From the sequence record DRR378314_2181: 48,847 nt of DNA; one strand, given 5' to 3'. A program made the position numbers and the translations under genes. The notes beneath the pieces were generated by a model. The model was not told the DNA's origin. It worked only from the letters and a program-made list of their open reading frames with translations, and searched no databases. Below, one piece after another: positions 38,246-48,210 of this stretch (the stretch's first letter is position 1; each line of letters opens with the position of its first letter).

Positions 38246-39022
38246 ATGAGCTCCAACCCCAAGATCAGCTTGAAAAATGTGAGCAAGTCTTTTGGCTCCA
38301 AAAAGGTGTTGAACGGACTTAACCTGGACATTGGCGCAGGCGAATCCGTTGTGGTGATCGGCGGTTCCGGCACGGGTAAATCCGTCATGCTCAAATGTAT
38401 CCTTGGCCTGCTGGAGCCGGAAAGCGGTGAGATTTTCATCGATGGAAAACAGGTAGTTGGCCTTCCCACCTCCGAACGGGAAGCGGCCTTGCAAAACACC
38501 GGCATGTTATTTCAATACGCGGCCCTGTTTGACAGCCTGCCGGTCTGGGAAAATGTCGCGTTCGGCCTGATTCAGGCGCAAGGGATGAACCGCAAGGATG
38601 CAAAAGCCATCGCCATTGAAAAGCTCGCCCTTGTTGGACTTGGACCGGAAATGGCCAACAGCAACCCTTCAAACCTGTCCATGGGTATGCAAAAACGCGT
38701 CGGCCTTGCGCGCGCCATTGCCACCAATCCGGAAATCATCTTCTTTGATGAACCGACGACAGGGCTGGACCCGATTATGGGCGATGTCATTGATAACCTG
38801 ATCCGCGACTGCACCCAGCATCTGGGGGCGACAACCCTGACTATTTCTCATGACATGGAAAGCGCACAAAAAATTGCCGATCGCATCGCACTGATCTATA
38901 AAGGCGAGGTTGTCTGGATTGGACCGGCAGCCGACATTGAAACCTGTGACAATCCATATGTTAATCAGTTCGTGAGAGGCGATTTCGAAGGACCTATCGA
39001 ACTGGATATCCTGAAACCCTGA
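38246..39022 (+). CDS. mlaF: MlaF-family ABC ATPase
   Basis: GGSGTGKS, FQYAALFDS, FFDEPTTGLDP, SHD; atypical signature LSMGMQ. Confidence 0.93.
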   Translation: MSSNPKISLKNVSKSFGSKKVLNGLNLDIGAGESVVVIGGSGTGKSVMLKCILGLLEPESGEIFIDGKQVVGLPTSEREAALQNTGMLFQYAALFDSLPVWENVAFGLIQAQGMNRKDAKAIAIEKLALVGLGPEMANSNPSNLSMGMQKRVGLARAIATNPEIIFFDEPTTGLDPIMGDVIDNLIRDCTQHLGATTLTISHDMESAQKIADRIALIYKGEVVWIGPAADIETCDNPYVNQFVRGDFEGPIELDILKP

Positions 39023-39037
39023 CACTCAAGGCACCTG

Positions 39038-40423
39038 ATGGCACGCGTAACAGAACAGTATTCCTGCCAAAATTGCGGTAGCAGCTATCGAAAATGGCAG
39101 GGCAAATGTGATGCCTGCGGCGAATGGAATTCCATCATTCTGGACGGCGGAAATGACGCCCTACCCAAGGGTCTTTCCACAGGCAAGGGCCGCCGGATAA
39201 ATTTCACCTCCCTAGATCAGGCGCAAGAGACCTTTGCCCGTCACCACTGCGGCTTACAGGAACTGGATCGGGTATTGGGCGGCGGCTTTGTACCTGGATC
39301 ATCTATTCTGATCGGCGGCGATCCTGGTATCGGCAAATCAACAATTCTACTGCAGGCCGTTGGACAAATGGCCAAAAACGGCTATCGCTGCACATATGTC
39401 TCTGGCGAGGAAGCAACAGGCCAGATTTCCATGCGGGCACAACGGCTGGGTCTGCAGGGCAGCCCGGTAAAGCTGGCCGCAGCCAATTCCATCCGCGATA
39501 TCATCACCAGCGTTGAAAAAGAAGACAAGCCCGACCTGCTGGTTATTGACAGTATCCAGACCATGTATGCCGATAATCTGGACAGTGCACCGGGCTCCGT
39601 CTCGCAGGTTCGGGCCTGCTCGCAGGAACTGATCCGTCTAGCTAAAAAAATTCAGTGCGCCCTACTGTTGGTTGGCCATGTCACCAAGGACGGGCAAATC
39701 GCTGGTCCTCGTGTCCTTGAACATATGGTCGATACCGTCCTTTATTTTGAGGGCGATCGCGGCCATCAGTTCCGCATTCTCAGGGCTGTTAAAAACCGGT
39801 TCGGTGCCACGGATGAAATCGGTGTTTTCGAAATGACCGATAAAGGTCTGCATGAAGTCACCAACCCCTCCTCTTTATTTCTCAGCAACAAGGACCGGGA
39901 AATCAGCGGTGCGTCGGTTTTTGCCGGGGTTGAAGGAACACGCCCTTTGCTGGTGGAAATTCAAGGATTGGTCGCAGCGTCGCAACAAGCAACGCCCCGG
40001 CGGGCAGTTGTCGGCTGGGATAGCAGCCGCCTTTCCATGATTCTTGCCGTTCTGGATGCCCGCTGCGGATTATCCCTTGCAGGCAATGAAGTTTACCTCA
40101 ATGTGGCCGGTGGTCTTCGGGTTCAGGAACCTGCAGCCGACCTTGCGGTGGCCGCAGCGCTTGTTTCCTCAATTTCTGACATCCCCGTCCCCGAAAATAG
40201 TATCATTTTTGGCGAGATTGGATTATCTGGTGAGGTACGCGCAGTTGGACAGACGGATGCCCGCCTGAAGGAAGCTGCAAAACTAGGATTTACAACGGCG
40301 ATTATCCCGATGGGCAGCAAAGTCAAAGACGCGGCTCTGAAGATTATCGAAGTTGAACATCTGTCCGAAATCGTCAGTCTGTTTACCTCAGCAAAGCAGA
40401 CTTCCGAAGACCAAAGAGTATAG
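39038..40423 (+). CDS. radA: DNA repair protein RadA/Sms
   Basis: C4 zinc finger, GDPGIGKST, KNRFG, Lon-like C-terminus. Confidence 0.99.
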   Translation: MARVTEQYSCQNCGSSYRKWQGKCDACGEWNSIILDGGNDALPKGLSTGKGRRINFTSLDQAQETFARHHCGLQELDRVLGGGFVPGSSILIGGDPGIGKSTILLQAVGQMAKNGYRCTYVSGEEATGQISMRAQRLGLQGSPVKLAAANSIRDIITSVEKEDKPDLLVIDSIQTMYADNLDSAPGSVSQVRACSQELIRLAKKIQCALLLVGHVTKDGQIAGPRVLEHMVDTVLYFEGDRGHQFRILRAVKNRFGATDEIGVFEMTDKGLHEVTNPSSLFLSNKDREISGASVFAGVEGTRPLLVEIQGLVAASQQATPRRAVVGWDSSRLSMILAVLDARCGLSLAGNEVYLNVAGGLRVQEPAADLAVAAALVSSISDIPVPENSIIFGEIGLSGEVRAVGQTDARLKEAAKLGFTTAIIPMGSKVKDAALKIIEVEHLSEIVSLFTSAKQTSEDQRV

Positions 40424-40435
40424 GATCAGGAGTAA

Positions 40436-41128
40436 ATGGAAGAACTGCCTATCAATCCCGTCGATGCAGTCATTCTGGCGATCCTTGTTATATCCGCCAT
40501 TTTCGGCTTTATTCGTGGGTTTGTAAAAGAAGTCCTGTCCATCTCTGGCTGGATCGGTGCTTCATTTCTGGCACTCTATCTGTTTCCGATCCTGAAGCCC
40601 TATGTTAGGAATTATATAGATAACCTGTTGCTGGCAGATATCCTGACCGGTGCTGGTATTTTCATTCTGTCCCTTGTAGCGCTGTCCTTTCTGACCCACA
40701 TGATTTCAGAGAAGGTCAAGGCCTCTGCCTTGGGGGCGTTGGACCGGTCATTAGGTATCTTTTTCGGAATTGCCCGGTCCGTGGTGATCGTCGGGATTGC
40801 CTGGCTTGTCTTTGTCCAGTTCATCCCCCCGGCTGACCGGCCGGAAGTGGTGACCGAGGCACGGTTAATGCCCGTCGCACGGGAAAGCGGGATTTTCCTC
40901 GCAAAACTGACACCACCAGATATGCAGGACAACCTGAATATTGCAGTTGAGACTGCTGGAGATGCCGCAGGGACCGCCAAGAAGTCCTACGAAGCCATAC
41001 CGGAGACCCTTCGCAAGGATGTGGAGGATACGGTCAAGGGAGCCATAAAAGAACTGGACAAGGGATATGATGACAAATCCCGCCAACAGATGGAAAACCT
41101 CACTAAAGGTACCCAAGTACAACCATGA
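40436..41128 (+). CDS. cvpA: CvpA family membrane protein
   Basis: GFIRGFVKE, LDRSLGIFFG; upstream of purF. Confidence 0.95.
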   Translation: MEELPINPVDAVILAILVISAIFGFIRGFVKEVLSISGWIGASFLALYLFPILKPYVRNYIDNLLLADILTGAGIFILSLVALSFLTHMISEKVKASALGALDRSLGIFFGIARSVVIVGIAWLVFVQFIPPADRPEVVTEARLMPVARESGIFLAKLTPPDMQDNLNIAVETAGDAAGTAKKSYEAIPETLRKDVEDTVKGAIKELDKGYDDKSRQQMENLTKGTQVQP

Positions 41129-42591
41129 CTGAGCACCAAATGTTAAGCACGAGCCCTTTTGATGATGACAAACTCCACGAGGAGTGCGGCGTCTTTGGAA
41201 TTTATGGACATCCCGAAGCTGCCGCTCTTGCGGCACTGGGTCTTCACGCCCTGCAGCACCGCGGGCAGGAAGCGGCGGGTATTGTCAGCCATGATGGCCG
41301 CCATTTTCACAGCCATAAAGGCATGGGAAAAGTCGGTGACAACTTCTCCTCGGAGGAAGTGATCAACAGCCTCAAAGGTGACGCTGCTGTCGCCCATAAC
41401 CGCTACGCAACAACCGGCGGCACAGTTTTGCGCAACGTTCAGCCGATTTTCGCTGATCTTGCCAATGGGGGCCTTGCAGTTGCCCATAATGGCAACCTAA
41501 CAAACGCATCAACTTTGCGCCGCCAATTGGTGATGGAAGGCAGTATTTTCCAGTCCACAATGGACACTGAAGTCATTATTCATCTGGTGGCCAACAGCAA
41601 GAAAATCAAAGTTGTCGATCGCATGGTTGACGCCATGCACAAAGTGACTGGTGCCTATTCCCTGGTTGCGGTGACCAGTAAAAAGCTGATCGGTATGCGC
41701 GATCCATTTGGTGTTCGCCCCCTGGTTCTGGGAAAACTGGACAAAGCCTATATCCTGACCTCTGAAACCTGCGCCCTTGATATCATCGGCGCCGAATTTA
41801 TCCGGGATGTCAGGCCAGGCGAAGTGATCGTGGTTGATGAAACCGGGCTCACCTCCCTCTTTCCGTTCACCACGCCGCCGGCTCGGTTCTGTATTTTTGA
41901 ACATATTTATTTTGCCCGTCCAGACAGTGTTCTGGAAAACCGTTCTGTTTATGAGGTCCGTAAAGATATCGGTCGTCAGTTGGCCATTGAAAATCCGTTG
42001 GATGTGGACGCCGTGATCCCGGTTCCCGACAGTGGCACGCCAGCGGCAATTGGCTATGCGGAACAAGCAGGCATCCCTTTTGAACTTGGCATTATCCGTA
42101 ATCATTATGTGGGCAGAACCTTTATTGAACCCACCGACCAGATCCGCCATCTGGGGGTGAAGCTGAAACATAACGCCAACCGCGCCATGATTGAGGGCAA
42201 ACGGGTCGTTTTGGTGGATGACAGTATCGTCCGCGGAACCACCTCCACCAAAATTGTGCAGATGGTCCGTGAGGCAGGCGCAACAGAAGTGCATATGCGT
42301 ATTGCCAGCCCCCCGACCACGCATTCCTGTTTCTATGGCGTTGACACCCCCTCCCGCCAAAAACTTCTGGCGGCGCAATATTCCATCGATGAGATGTGTA
42401 AATTTATCGGTGCCGACAGCTTGAGCTTTATTTCGCTGGACGGCCTCTATGTCGCCATGGGAGAGGAGCGCCGCAATACGGAGCTCCCTCAATATTGCGA
42501 TGCCTGCTTTACCGGCGATTATCCCATCGGGCTTGTTGATCATGAAAGCGGCTCGGAACAAGAACTCACCCTGCTGTCAGAAGGTTCCTGA
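41125..42591 (+). CDS. purF: Amidophosphoribosyltransferase
   Basis: EECGVFG, LQHRGQE, VPDSG, VDDSIVRGTT, YCDACF. Confidence 0.99.
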   Translation: MTEHQMLSTSPFDDDKLHEECGVFGIYGHPEAAALAALGLHALQHRGQEAAGIVSHDGRHFHSHKGMGKVGDNFSSEEVINSLKGDAAVAHNRYATTGGTVLRNVQPIFADLANGGLAVAHNGNLTNASTLRRQLVMEGSIFQSTMDTEVIIHLVANSKKIKVVDRMVDAMHKVTGAYSLVAVTSKKLIGMRDPFGVRPLVLGKLDKAYILTSETCALDIIGAEFIRDVRPGEVIVVDETGLTSLFPFTTPPARFCIFEHIYFARPDSVLENRSVYEVRKDIGRQLAIENPLDVDAVIPVPDSGTPAAIGYAEQAGIPFELGIIRNHYVGRTFIEPTDQIRHLGVKLKHNANRAMIEGKRVVLVDDSIVRGTTSTKIVQMVREAGATEVHMRIASPPTTHSCFYGVDTPSRQKLLAAQYSIDEMCKFIGADSLSFISLDGLYVAMGEERRNTELPQYCDACFTGDYPIGLVDHESGSEQELTLLSEGS

Positions 42592-42602
42592 ACGGACGGA
42601 CT

Positions 42603-43301
42603 ATGAAAAGATTTGAAGGTAAAACCGCGCTTATTACTGGCGCGTCCCGCGGGATTGGTGCTGCTGTTGCGAAAAAACTGGCTGCAGAAGGTGCCCATGT
42701 CATTCTGATCGCCAGATCCGTTGGTGGCCTGGAAGAGGTAGATGATGCGATCCAAAGCGCCGGTGGTCAGGCGACCCTGGTTCCGCTGGATCTGTTGGAA
42801 ACGAACGCTATTGATGGTTTGGCTGCCCCGCTGTACGAACGGTGGGAAAAACTGGATATTCTGGTGGGTGCGGCGGCGACCCTTGGCAAGCTGACCCCCC
42901 TGCCCCAATATGATCCGACCCTTTGGGAAAATGTGTTCAAGCTGAACCTTCATGCCAATTGGCGGCTGTTGCGTGCCCTTGATCCGCTGCTTCGAAATGC
43001 AGAAGCTGGCCGTGCACTTTTTGTCACCAGTGCCGAAGCCCATCAGGCTAAACATTACTGGGCAGGCTACGCCGCCTCCAAAGCTGCATTGGAAGAAATG
43101 ATCCGGGCATATGCCGCTGAAACAGCCAAAACCAATCTGAACGTCAACCTGATTGATCCGGGGCCTACGGCGACTAAACTTAGGCTTTCCGCCTTCCCCG
43201 GAGAAGATCAGTCCACCCTGCAAAGTCCGGATGACAAGGCCGAGATGTTCCTCAAAGCCCTGCTGCCGGATTTTGAGCAAACAGGCGAAATAATCAGATA
43301 A
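42603..43301 (+). CDS. SDR family oxidoreductase (YciK-like)
   Basis: TGASRGIG, YAASK, PGPTATKLR..AFPGED. Confidence 0.92.
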   Translation: MKRFEGKTALITGASRGIGAAVAKKLAAEGAHVILIARSVGGLEEVDDAIQSAGGQATLVPLDLLETNAIDGLAAPLYERWEKLDILVGAAATLGKLTPLPQYDPTLWENVFKLNLHANWRLLRALDPLLRNAEAGRALFVTSAEAHQAKHYWAGYAASKAALEEMIRAYAAETAKTNLNVNLIDPGPTATKLRLSAFPGEDQSTLQSPDDKAEMFLKALLPDFEQTGEIIR

Positions 43302-43388
43302 AAACCCAAGAGAGCAAAATCATTTGCTCTCTTTTTTATTTGCCCGCACAATAGCGAAAAACATTCCAAATAATGGAAGGACTTCCTT

Positions 43389-44438
43389 ATGAGTGCGCAC
43401 CCAATCCGGGCTATTCAGGCCCAAGCCGACCTTCATCACGCCTATCTTCTGGGCCTGCAGCTTATGGTCTCCAGCCGCAAGGGGGAAGCGGTGATGGAAG
43501 AATGGATGTTCAATCTGTTTCGCCAGCAACATCTAAAGAAATTCCTCAGCAGCTTTCAAAAACTGGGCCTGACTGGCCTTCCCGACGCTGTCGCCTGCGC
43601 CCGCTATCATGTGCTGTCCAACCAGATCGGCGGCGTTGGCGTTGAATATATGGAAGAAAGCGACAAGAAAGCGTGGGTTCGCTTTCGCTATCCCCGCTGG
43701 ATGTATGACGGCCCGACCTTGTGTGGTGTCACGCCGGGCGTTGGCCGCGGCTTTGCGCGCGGTTGGTACGCCCATAACGGTGTTTCTTTAAAAAACCCGC
43801 GCCTTGGCTATGTCTGCGTCTCTGAAGATGTGACCGGGGAATTTGGCTTCTGCGGCTATTTCAAGGAATATGATCACGATCTGAAAGACGAGGAACGGCT
43901 GCAATTTGCCAAGGGGGAGTTGCCACCGCCCTTTAATGCAGATGCTCAGCCTGTTCCCCCGCCCGGTGAATGGAATGAAGTCCGCCTGCAAAAAGCCAAT
44001 CGCAACTATGCCATCGGCTATATTCGCAATGGACTGACAGCATTGGAGAAAGTCATTGGCCGAAAGGAAACCCTGGAGTTCGGAAAATTATCCGCGCGTC
44101 TGATCGGAATGCAGTATTTCCCCAAAATGGCAGAACGTGTTGGCGCCAAAGACGGAAACGCTCTTGATGCTCGCGAGTTCCTGATGAAAATGCTCGATGG
44201 GATGGGCGATCAGGTTCGGCCCATTGAGGGCGGCACGGCAAATAAAGCCAGTTTTGAGCATCAGGATTTACGGATTACCCGCGATCTGCCTGACGCCGAT
44301 AAAGCGCTGATCCTTGACTGCTGGCGCGATCTTTGGCTTGGCTCTGTTCGATCCAACCGGGAAATGCTGACCCTACATTGCCAACAGATCAACGCCGAAA
44401 AATTCGTCTGGGAAGTTTCCAACCTGAGAACGGCCTGA
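43389..44438 (+). CDS. Hypothetical cytoplasmic protein, function unknown
   Basis: 349-aa ORF with AGGA Shine-Dalgarno and protein-like composition (RYHVLSNQIGG, RWMYDG, GWYAHNG); no family confidently recognised. Confidence 0.85.
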   Translation: MSAHPIRAIQAQADLHHAYLLGLQLMVSSRKGEAVMEEWMFNLFRQQHLKKFLSSFQKLGLTGLPDAVACARYHVLSNQIGGVGVEYMEESDKKAWVRFRYPRWMYDGPTLCGVTPGVGRGFARGWYAHNGVSLKNPRLGYVCVSEDVTGEFGFCGYFKEYDHDLKDEERLQFAKGELPPPFNADAQPVPPPGEWNEVRLQKANRNYAIGYIRNGLTALEKVIGRKETLEFGKLSARLIGMQYFPKMAERVGAKDGNALDAREFLMKMLDGMGDQVRPIEGGTANKASFEHQDLRITRDLPDADKALILDCWRDLWLGSVRSNREMLTLHCQQINAEKFVWEVSNLRTA

Positions 44439-44481
44439 TCGAGATTGGTGCGATCCGATCATCTGACCGCCGTCAGGCCAA

Positions 44482-45813
44482 TCAATCCTTCACGTAAGGG
44501 TTTTTGCCGGTTCGTGGATAAATGCGGATCGGCACGGCGGGCATGTCAAAATCTTCCCGCAACCCATTGAGAAGATAGCGAATATAGCTATCAGGCAATT
44601 CGCCGCGCGATGACATGAACAGGGAAAAGGTCGGCGGCCGTGATTTGACCTGGGTCATATAGCGGACCTTCAGACGGCGGCCTTTTGCCATTGGCGGGGG
44701 ATGCTTTTCCAGCATCAGTTCCAGCCAACGGTTCAGTTTTGCGGTCGATATCCGCTTATTCCAAAGCTCATAAATCTGCAGAACCTTGGGCAGTAATTTC
44801 TCCAAACCCCGTCCGCTCAACGCTGACAAAGTCACAACTGGAACCCCTTTCACCTGCGGCAGTGAAATTTCCAGCTTGCCCCGGATATGCTTCAAAACCG
44901 CATTGCGATCTTTCGCCTGATCCCATTTATTGACAGCGATGACAAGGGCTCGTCCCTCCTCAATCACATGGGAGGCGAGAGTCAGATCCTGTTTTTCAAA
45001 AGACACATCAGCATCAATCACCAGGACCACAACTTCTGCCATCTTGATCACCCGAAGGCTATCCGCGACAGAGAGTTTCTCCAGTTTTTTCTGCACCCGT
45101 GCCCGGCGGCGAATCCCGGCGGTATCAACCAGCTTGATTTTCTGACCCTGAAATTCCCATTCCACGGAAATGGCATCCCGGGTAACGCCCGCTTCCGGCC
45201 CGGTCAGCAGACGATCTTCCCCAATCAGTTTATTGACAAGGGTTGATTTGCCCGCATTGGGACGCCCCACAATGGCGAGCTGCAAGGGACGCTCTTTCGC
45301 CGGGACATCCTCAACCTGTTCTTTTTCAAACGGCAAGAGAAGATCAAATAATTCGCCCATTCCCTCGCCATGTTCTGCTGACAACGGAAGCGGCTCTCCA
45401 AGGCCGAGGGCAAAGGCTTCGGAAAGATCGCCTTGGGCTTCTTTGCCTTCGCATTTATTGGCAACCAGAATAACCGGAACCGACGATTTGCGGATCCAGC
45501 CGGCAAAATGCTTATCTAGGGGGGATACACCAATTCGCGCATCATACAGCATCAGGACGACATCCGCCTCTTCCAGGGCAGCCTCGGTCTGGCGGCGCAT
45601 CCGGCCTTCCAGACTGTCGTCAAACGCTTCTTCCAGACCTGCGGTGTCAATGATCTTGAATTTCAGGGAGCCGATCCGGCCATCCCCTTCCCGGCGATCA
45701 CGGGTTACACCCGGTGTATCATCCACCAGCGCAAGTTTCTTGCCCACAAGACGATTGAATAAAGTGGACTTACCCACATTGGGGCGCCCGATAATTGCAA
45801 CTGTAAATGACAT
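44482..45813 (-). CDS. der: Ribosome biogenesis GTPase Der
   Basis: Two G domains (GRPNVGKS and GRPNAGKS), DTAG, NKCE/NKWD. Confidence 0.99.
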   Translation of the reverse strand: MSFTVAIIGRPNVGKSTLFNRLVGKKLALVDDTPGVTRDRREGDGRIGSLKFKIIDTAGLEEAFDDSLEGRMRRQTEAALEEADVVLMLYDARIGVSPLDKHFAGWIRKSSVPVILVANKCEGKEAQGDLSEAFALGLGEPLPLSAEHGEGMGELFDLLLPFEKEQVEDVPAKERPLQLAIVGRPNAGKSTLVNKLIGEDRLLTGPEAGVTRDAISVEWEFQGQKIKLVDTAGIRRRARVQKKLEKLSVADSLRVIKMAEVVVLVIDADVSFEKQDLTLASHVIEEGRALVIAVNKWDQAKDRNAVLKHIRGKLEISLPQVKGVPVVTLSALSGRGLEKLLPKVLQIYELWNKRISTAKLNRWLELMLEKHPPPMAKGRRLKVRYMTQVKSRPPTFSLFMSSRGELPDSYIRYLLNGLREDFDMPAVPIRIYPRTGKNPYVKD

Positions 45814-45820
45814 AGGTTAA

Positions 45821-47176
45821 TTAGCGAAATGCCACAAGCTCGGCATCGTCCGTCAAAATAAATAACATGCCTCCGGCGATCACGGGGGCGACTGTCGCTG
45901 AATCAGACAGGTCTATTTTCCCGAGAATTTTACCGTTGTAAGGCGAAACAGAGATCCCAATACCGGAATTGGCAACTAAAATCAATCTATCACTTGCAAG
46001 AACCGGCCCCGACCACACAATAAGATCGGTTTTATCTTCTGTATCTTCATATTTACCAAGCGCCTGAACCCACCGGATTCGGCCTGTCTGTCGGGTCAAA
46101 CAGACCAGTTCACCGTCGGTGGTGATGGTATAGACAAAATCACCGGCAACCCAGGGGGTTTCCAGGGTGGCAATTTCCTGATCCCATTTACGCTCTCCGG
46201 TGCGCGCATCAATCCCCACCATATGCCCAGAAAAACTAGCGGCGATCACAACACCCCGGTCAATAACTGGGCTGCCATTGATGTCCGTCAAAGACGTCAA
46301 TGAGCTATACCGGCGTTTGCGTTGCAGTTGATCACTCCAGGCCTGTTCCCCTGTATCCACCCGCAGCGCATATAATTCACCAGTTGAGAAGGGAACGATC
46401 ACCGTTCCGTTATCCACAGCCGGTTTTGCCGCGCCAAGAAGACCGGTTACCTCAACGCCCCCCTCAAAATCCCAGTTGATATCGCCGGTGCGCGCATCCA
46501 AGGCATAAAGACGGCTGTCATAGGTCATCGCGAACACCGCGCCTTCGGCAACGGTTGGCGCCGCGCGAAGCGGCACTTTCAGATCTTTGCGCCAATACAT
46601 TCCGCCGCTATTGGGATCAAGGGACCACACATGCCCATAAGAAGTCGTCGCATAAAGACGTCCATATTCCAGGGCAAGCCCCCCGCCAACAGTTCCTAGC
46701 TCTTCTTCCTTAGGGGTTAGATTAACCTCCCAAAGGCGCTCGCCCGTTTCCTGATCAAAAGCCCGAACGTGGCTGTAGCTGTCCATCACGAAAACCCGGC
46801 CATCAGCGATCACCGGTTTAGCCATCAGACGCTGCTCATCGTCAGATCCTTCGCCAATATTAACGCGCCAGATTTCCTCAAGCGGGCCATCCATAGTCAG
46901 ATGATGCATGGCATGACTGGCATTGCCCTCGGATTGCGGCCAGTTTTCATTCTGATATGGCGGCGGCAGGCGAACGGTCACATCAGACAGCTCCTCATCG
47001 GGCTCCAGTGACTGCTCAAGCGCAAGAATGGAGATCCGCTCCCCCGGCAAAGGTGGCGCCTCACTATCCCCAAACCAGTTTGGCAAAACCGAACAGCCTG
47101 CCAAAGAGGCAATCAAGCCTGTCAGGATAATTGTTTTCCCTACCGAAGCAGCTGTCTTTTTCACGGAGATCCCCAC
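45821..47176 (-). CDS. bamB: PQQ-like beta-propeller lipoprotein (BamB-like)
   Basis: Lipobox LAGC, repeated A.D..TG...W blades, yfgM-bamB-der synteny. Alternative GTG start at 47164. Confidence 0.9.
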   Translation of the reverse strand: MGISVKKTAASVGKTIILTGLIASLAGCSVLPNWFGDSEAPPLPGERISILALEQSLEPDEELSDVTVRLPPPYQNENWPQSEGNASHAMHHLTMDGPLEEIWRVNIGEGSDDEQRLMAKPVIADGRVFVMDSYSHVRAFDQETGERLWEVNLTPKEEELGTVGGGLALEYGRLYATTSYGHVWSLDPNSGGMYWRKDLKVPLRAAPTVAEGAVFAMTYDSRLYALDARTGDINWDFEGGVEVTGLLGAAKPAVDNGTVIVPFSTGELYALRVDTGEQAWSDQLQRKRRYSSLTSLTDINGSPVIDRGVVIAASFSGHMVGIDARTGERKWDQEIATLETPWVAGDFVYTITTDGELVCLTRQTGRIRWVQALGKYEDTEDKTDLIVWSGPVLASDRLILVANSGIGISVSPYNGKILGKIDLSDSATVAPVIAGGMLFILTDDAELVAFR

Positions 47177-47214
47177 CTTATCTATATGTCCAGATTATCC
47201 TAAACTCAGGCTTA

Positions 47215-47853
47215 TCAATTCAAGGTTTGCAGCAATTGATTGGCTCTGGATTTCAGGGCTTGTGGGGCAGATGCATCCTCAGACAATGCGGTTAGCAATT
47301 TCTTTGCCTCCTCAAGGTCCCCATCTTTCATAGCCGCCAGCGCCAGCAATTCCTGCGCAGAGGCAGACCAGATACCGCCAGAAGCCTCAAGACCACTGAC
47401 GCGGTTGCGCACATCTTCGGTTGAGCCATTATCAATCAGGTAATAGCCAGCCAGGATCCGTGCCAGAGACGTAAATTCCGCCCCGAGGTCGCTTGCTGCC
47501 AGGTCATCATAGACAACAAGTGCTGTCTCGCCTTTGCCAGCCTGAACGAGGGCACCTGCCTGACGGAGGGAGGCCAGTGCTTTATAACTGTCGCTGCCTT
47601 CTTTGGCCAAAAGCCCAAATGTATCAGCCGCTTCCTGGTATTTTTGCTGTGACATCAGTTGAACGGCCTGTTCGAACTGACGCCCCTGCTCCCGCGCCTG
47701 GCTGTTCTGATATTCCCGCCAGCCAACAACCGCAGCGGTCACCGCAACAAGAATAACGGCAGCGCCGATGATGTATTTGCCGTAGGCATTCCACAGTTGA
47801 AGAGACCGGTCTTTGCGAACCTCTTCATCAACTTCATTAAAAATATCGGACAC
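47215..47853 (-). CDS. YfgM-like TPR membrane protein
   Basis: MSDIFNEVDEEVRKD..W..YG, single TM, helical repeats; GTG start after GGAG. Confidence 0.92.
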   Translation of the reverse strand: MSDIFNEVDEEVRKDRSLQLWNAYGKYIIGAAVILVAVTAAVVGWREYQNSQAREQGRQFEQAVQLMSQQKYQEAADTFGLLAKEGSDSYKALASLRQAGALVQAGKGETALVVYDDLAASDLGAEFTSLARILAGYYLIDNGSTEDVRNRVSGLEASGGIWSASAQELLALAAMKDGDLEEAKKLLTALSEDASAPQALKSRANQLLQTLN

Positions 47854-48015
47854 GAACTACTCCAGTTAGTCTTGAATTTGCGGGATAAAATAAACTGCCT
47901 GCTACTGGAACGCAAATGATGTTGCCCTCTATTCGCAGAAAATTCTGCCCGCAATTGGGCAAACACGCCTTATATATGGTAAGTCGGGCTTTAAACTACA
48001 GGATTTAAAAGAAAA

Positions 48016-48198
48016 ATGCAGGAAAATGAATTATTACGCCTCATCGCCATGATCATGGTCTTGTTTCTGATCGCCCCTGGTTTTCTCTATTACACCCGAC
48101 AAAGCGGCAAACGCGCGGCCTTTCGCAATATGGCTATCTGGCTGATCATCGGCCTTGTCGCGGCGATCGGCTTTGCCCTATTTGGCGATTTTCGGTAG
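48016..48198 (+). CDS. Small two-TM membrane protein
   Basis: 60 aa; two hydrophobic helices joined by a basic loop (RQSGKRAAFR). Confidence 0.75.
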   Translation: MQENELLRLIAMIMVLFLIAPGFLYYTRQSGKRAAFRNMAIWLIIGLVAAIGFALFGDFR

Positions 48199-48210
48199 CG
48201 CAGGAGAAAA

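Noticed and set aside
41509-43280. 350-aa and 246-aa - strand ORFs
   Set aside because: Shadows of purF and the SDR gene.
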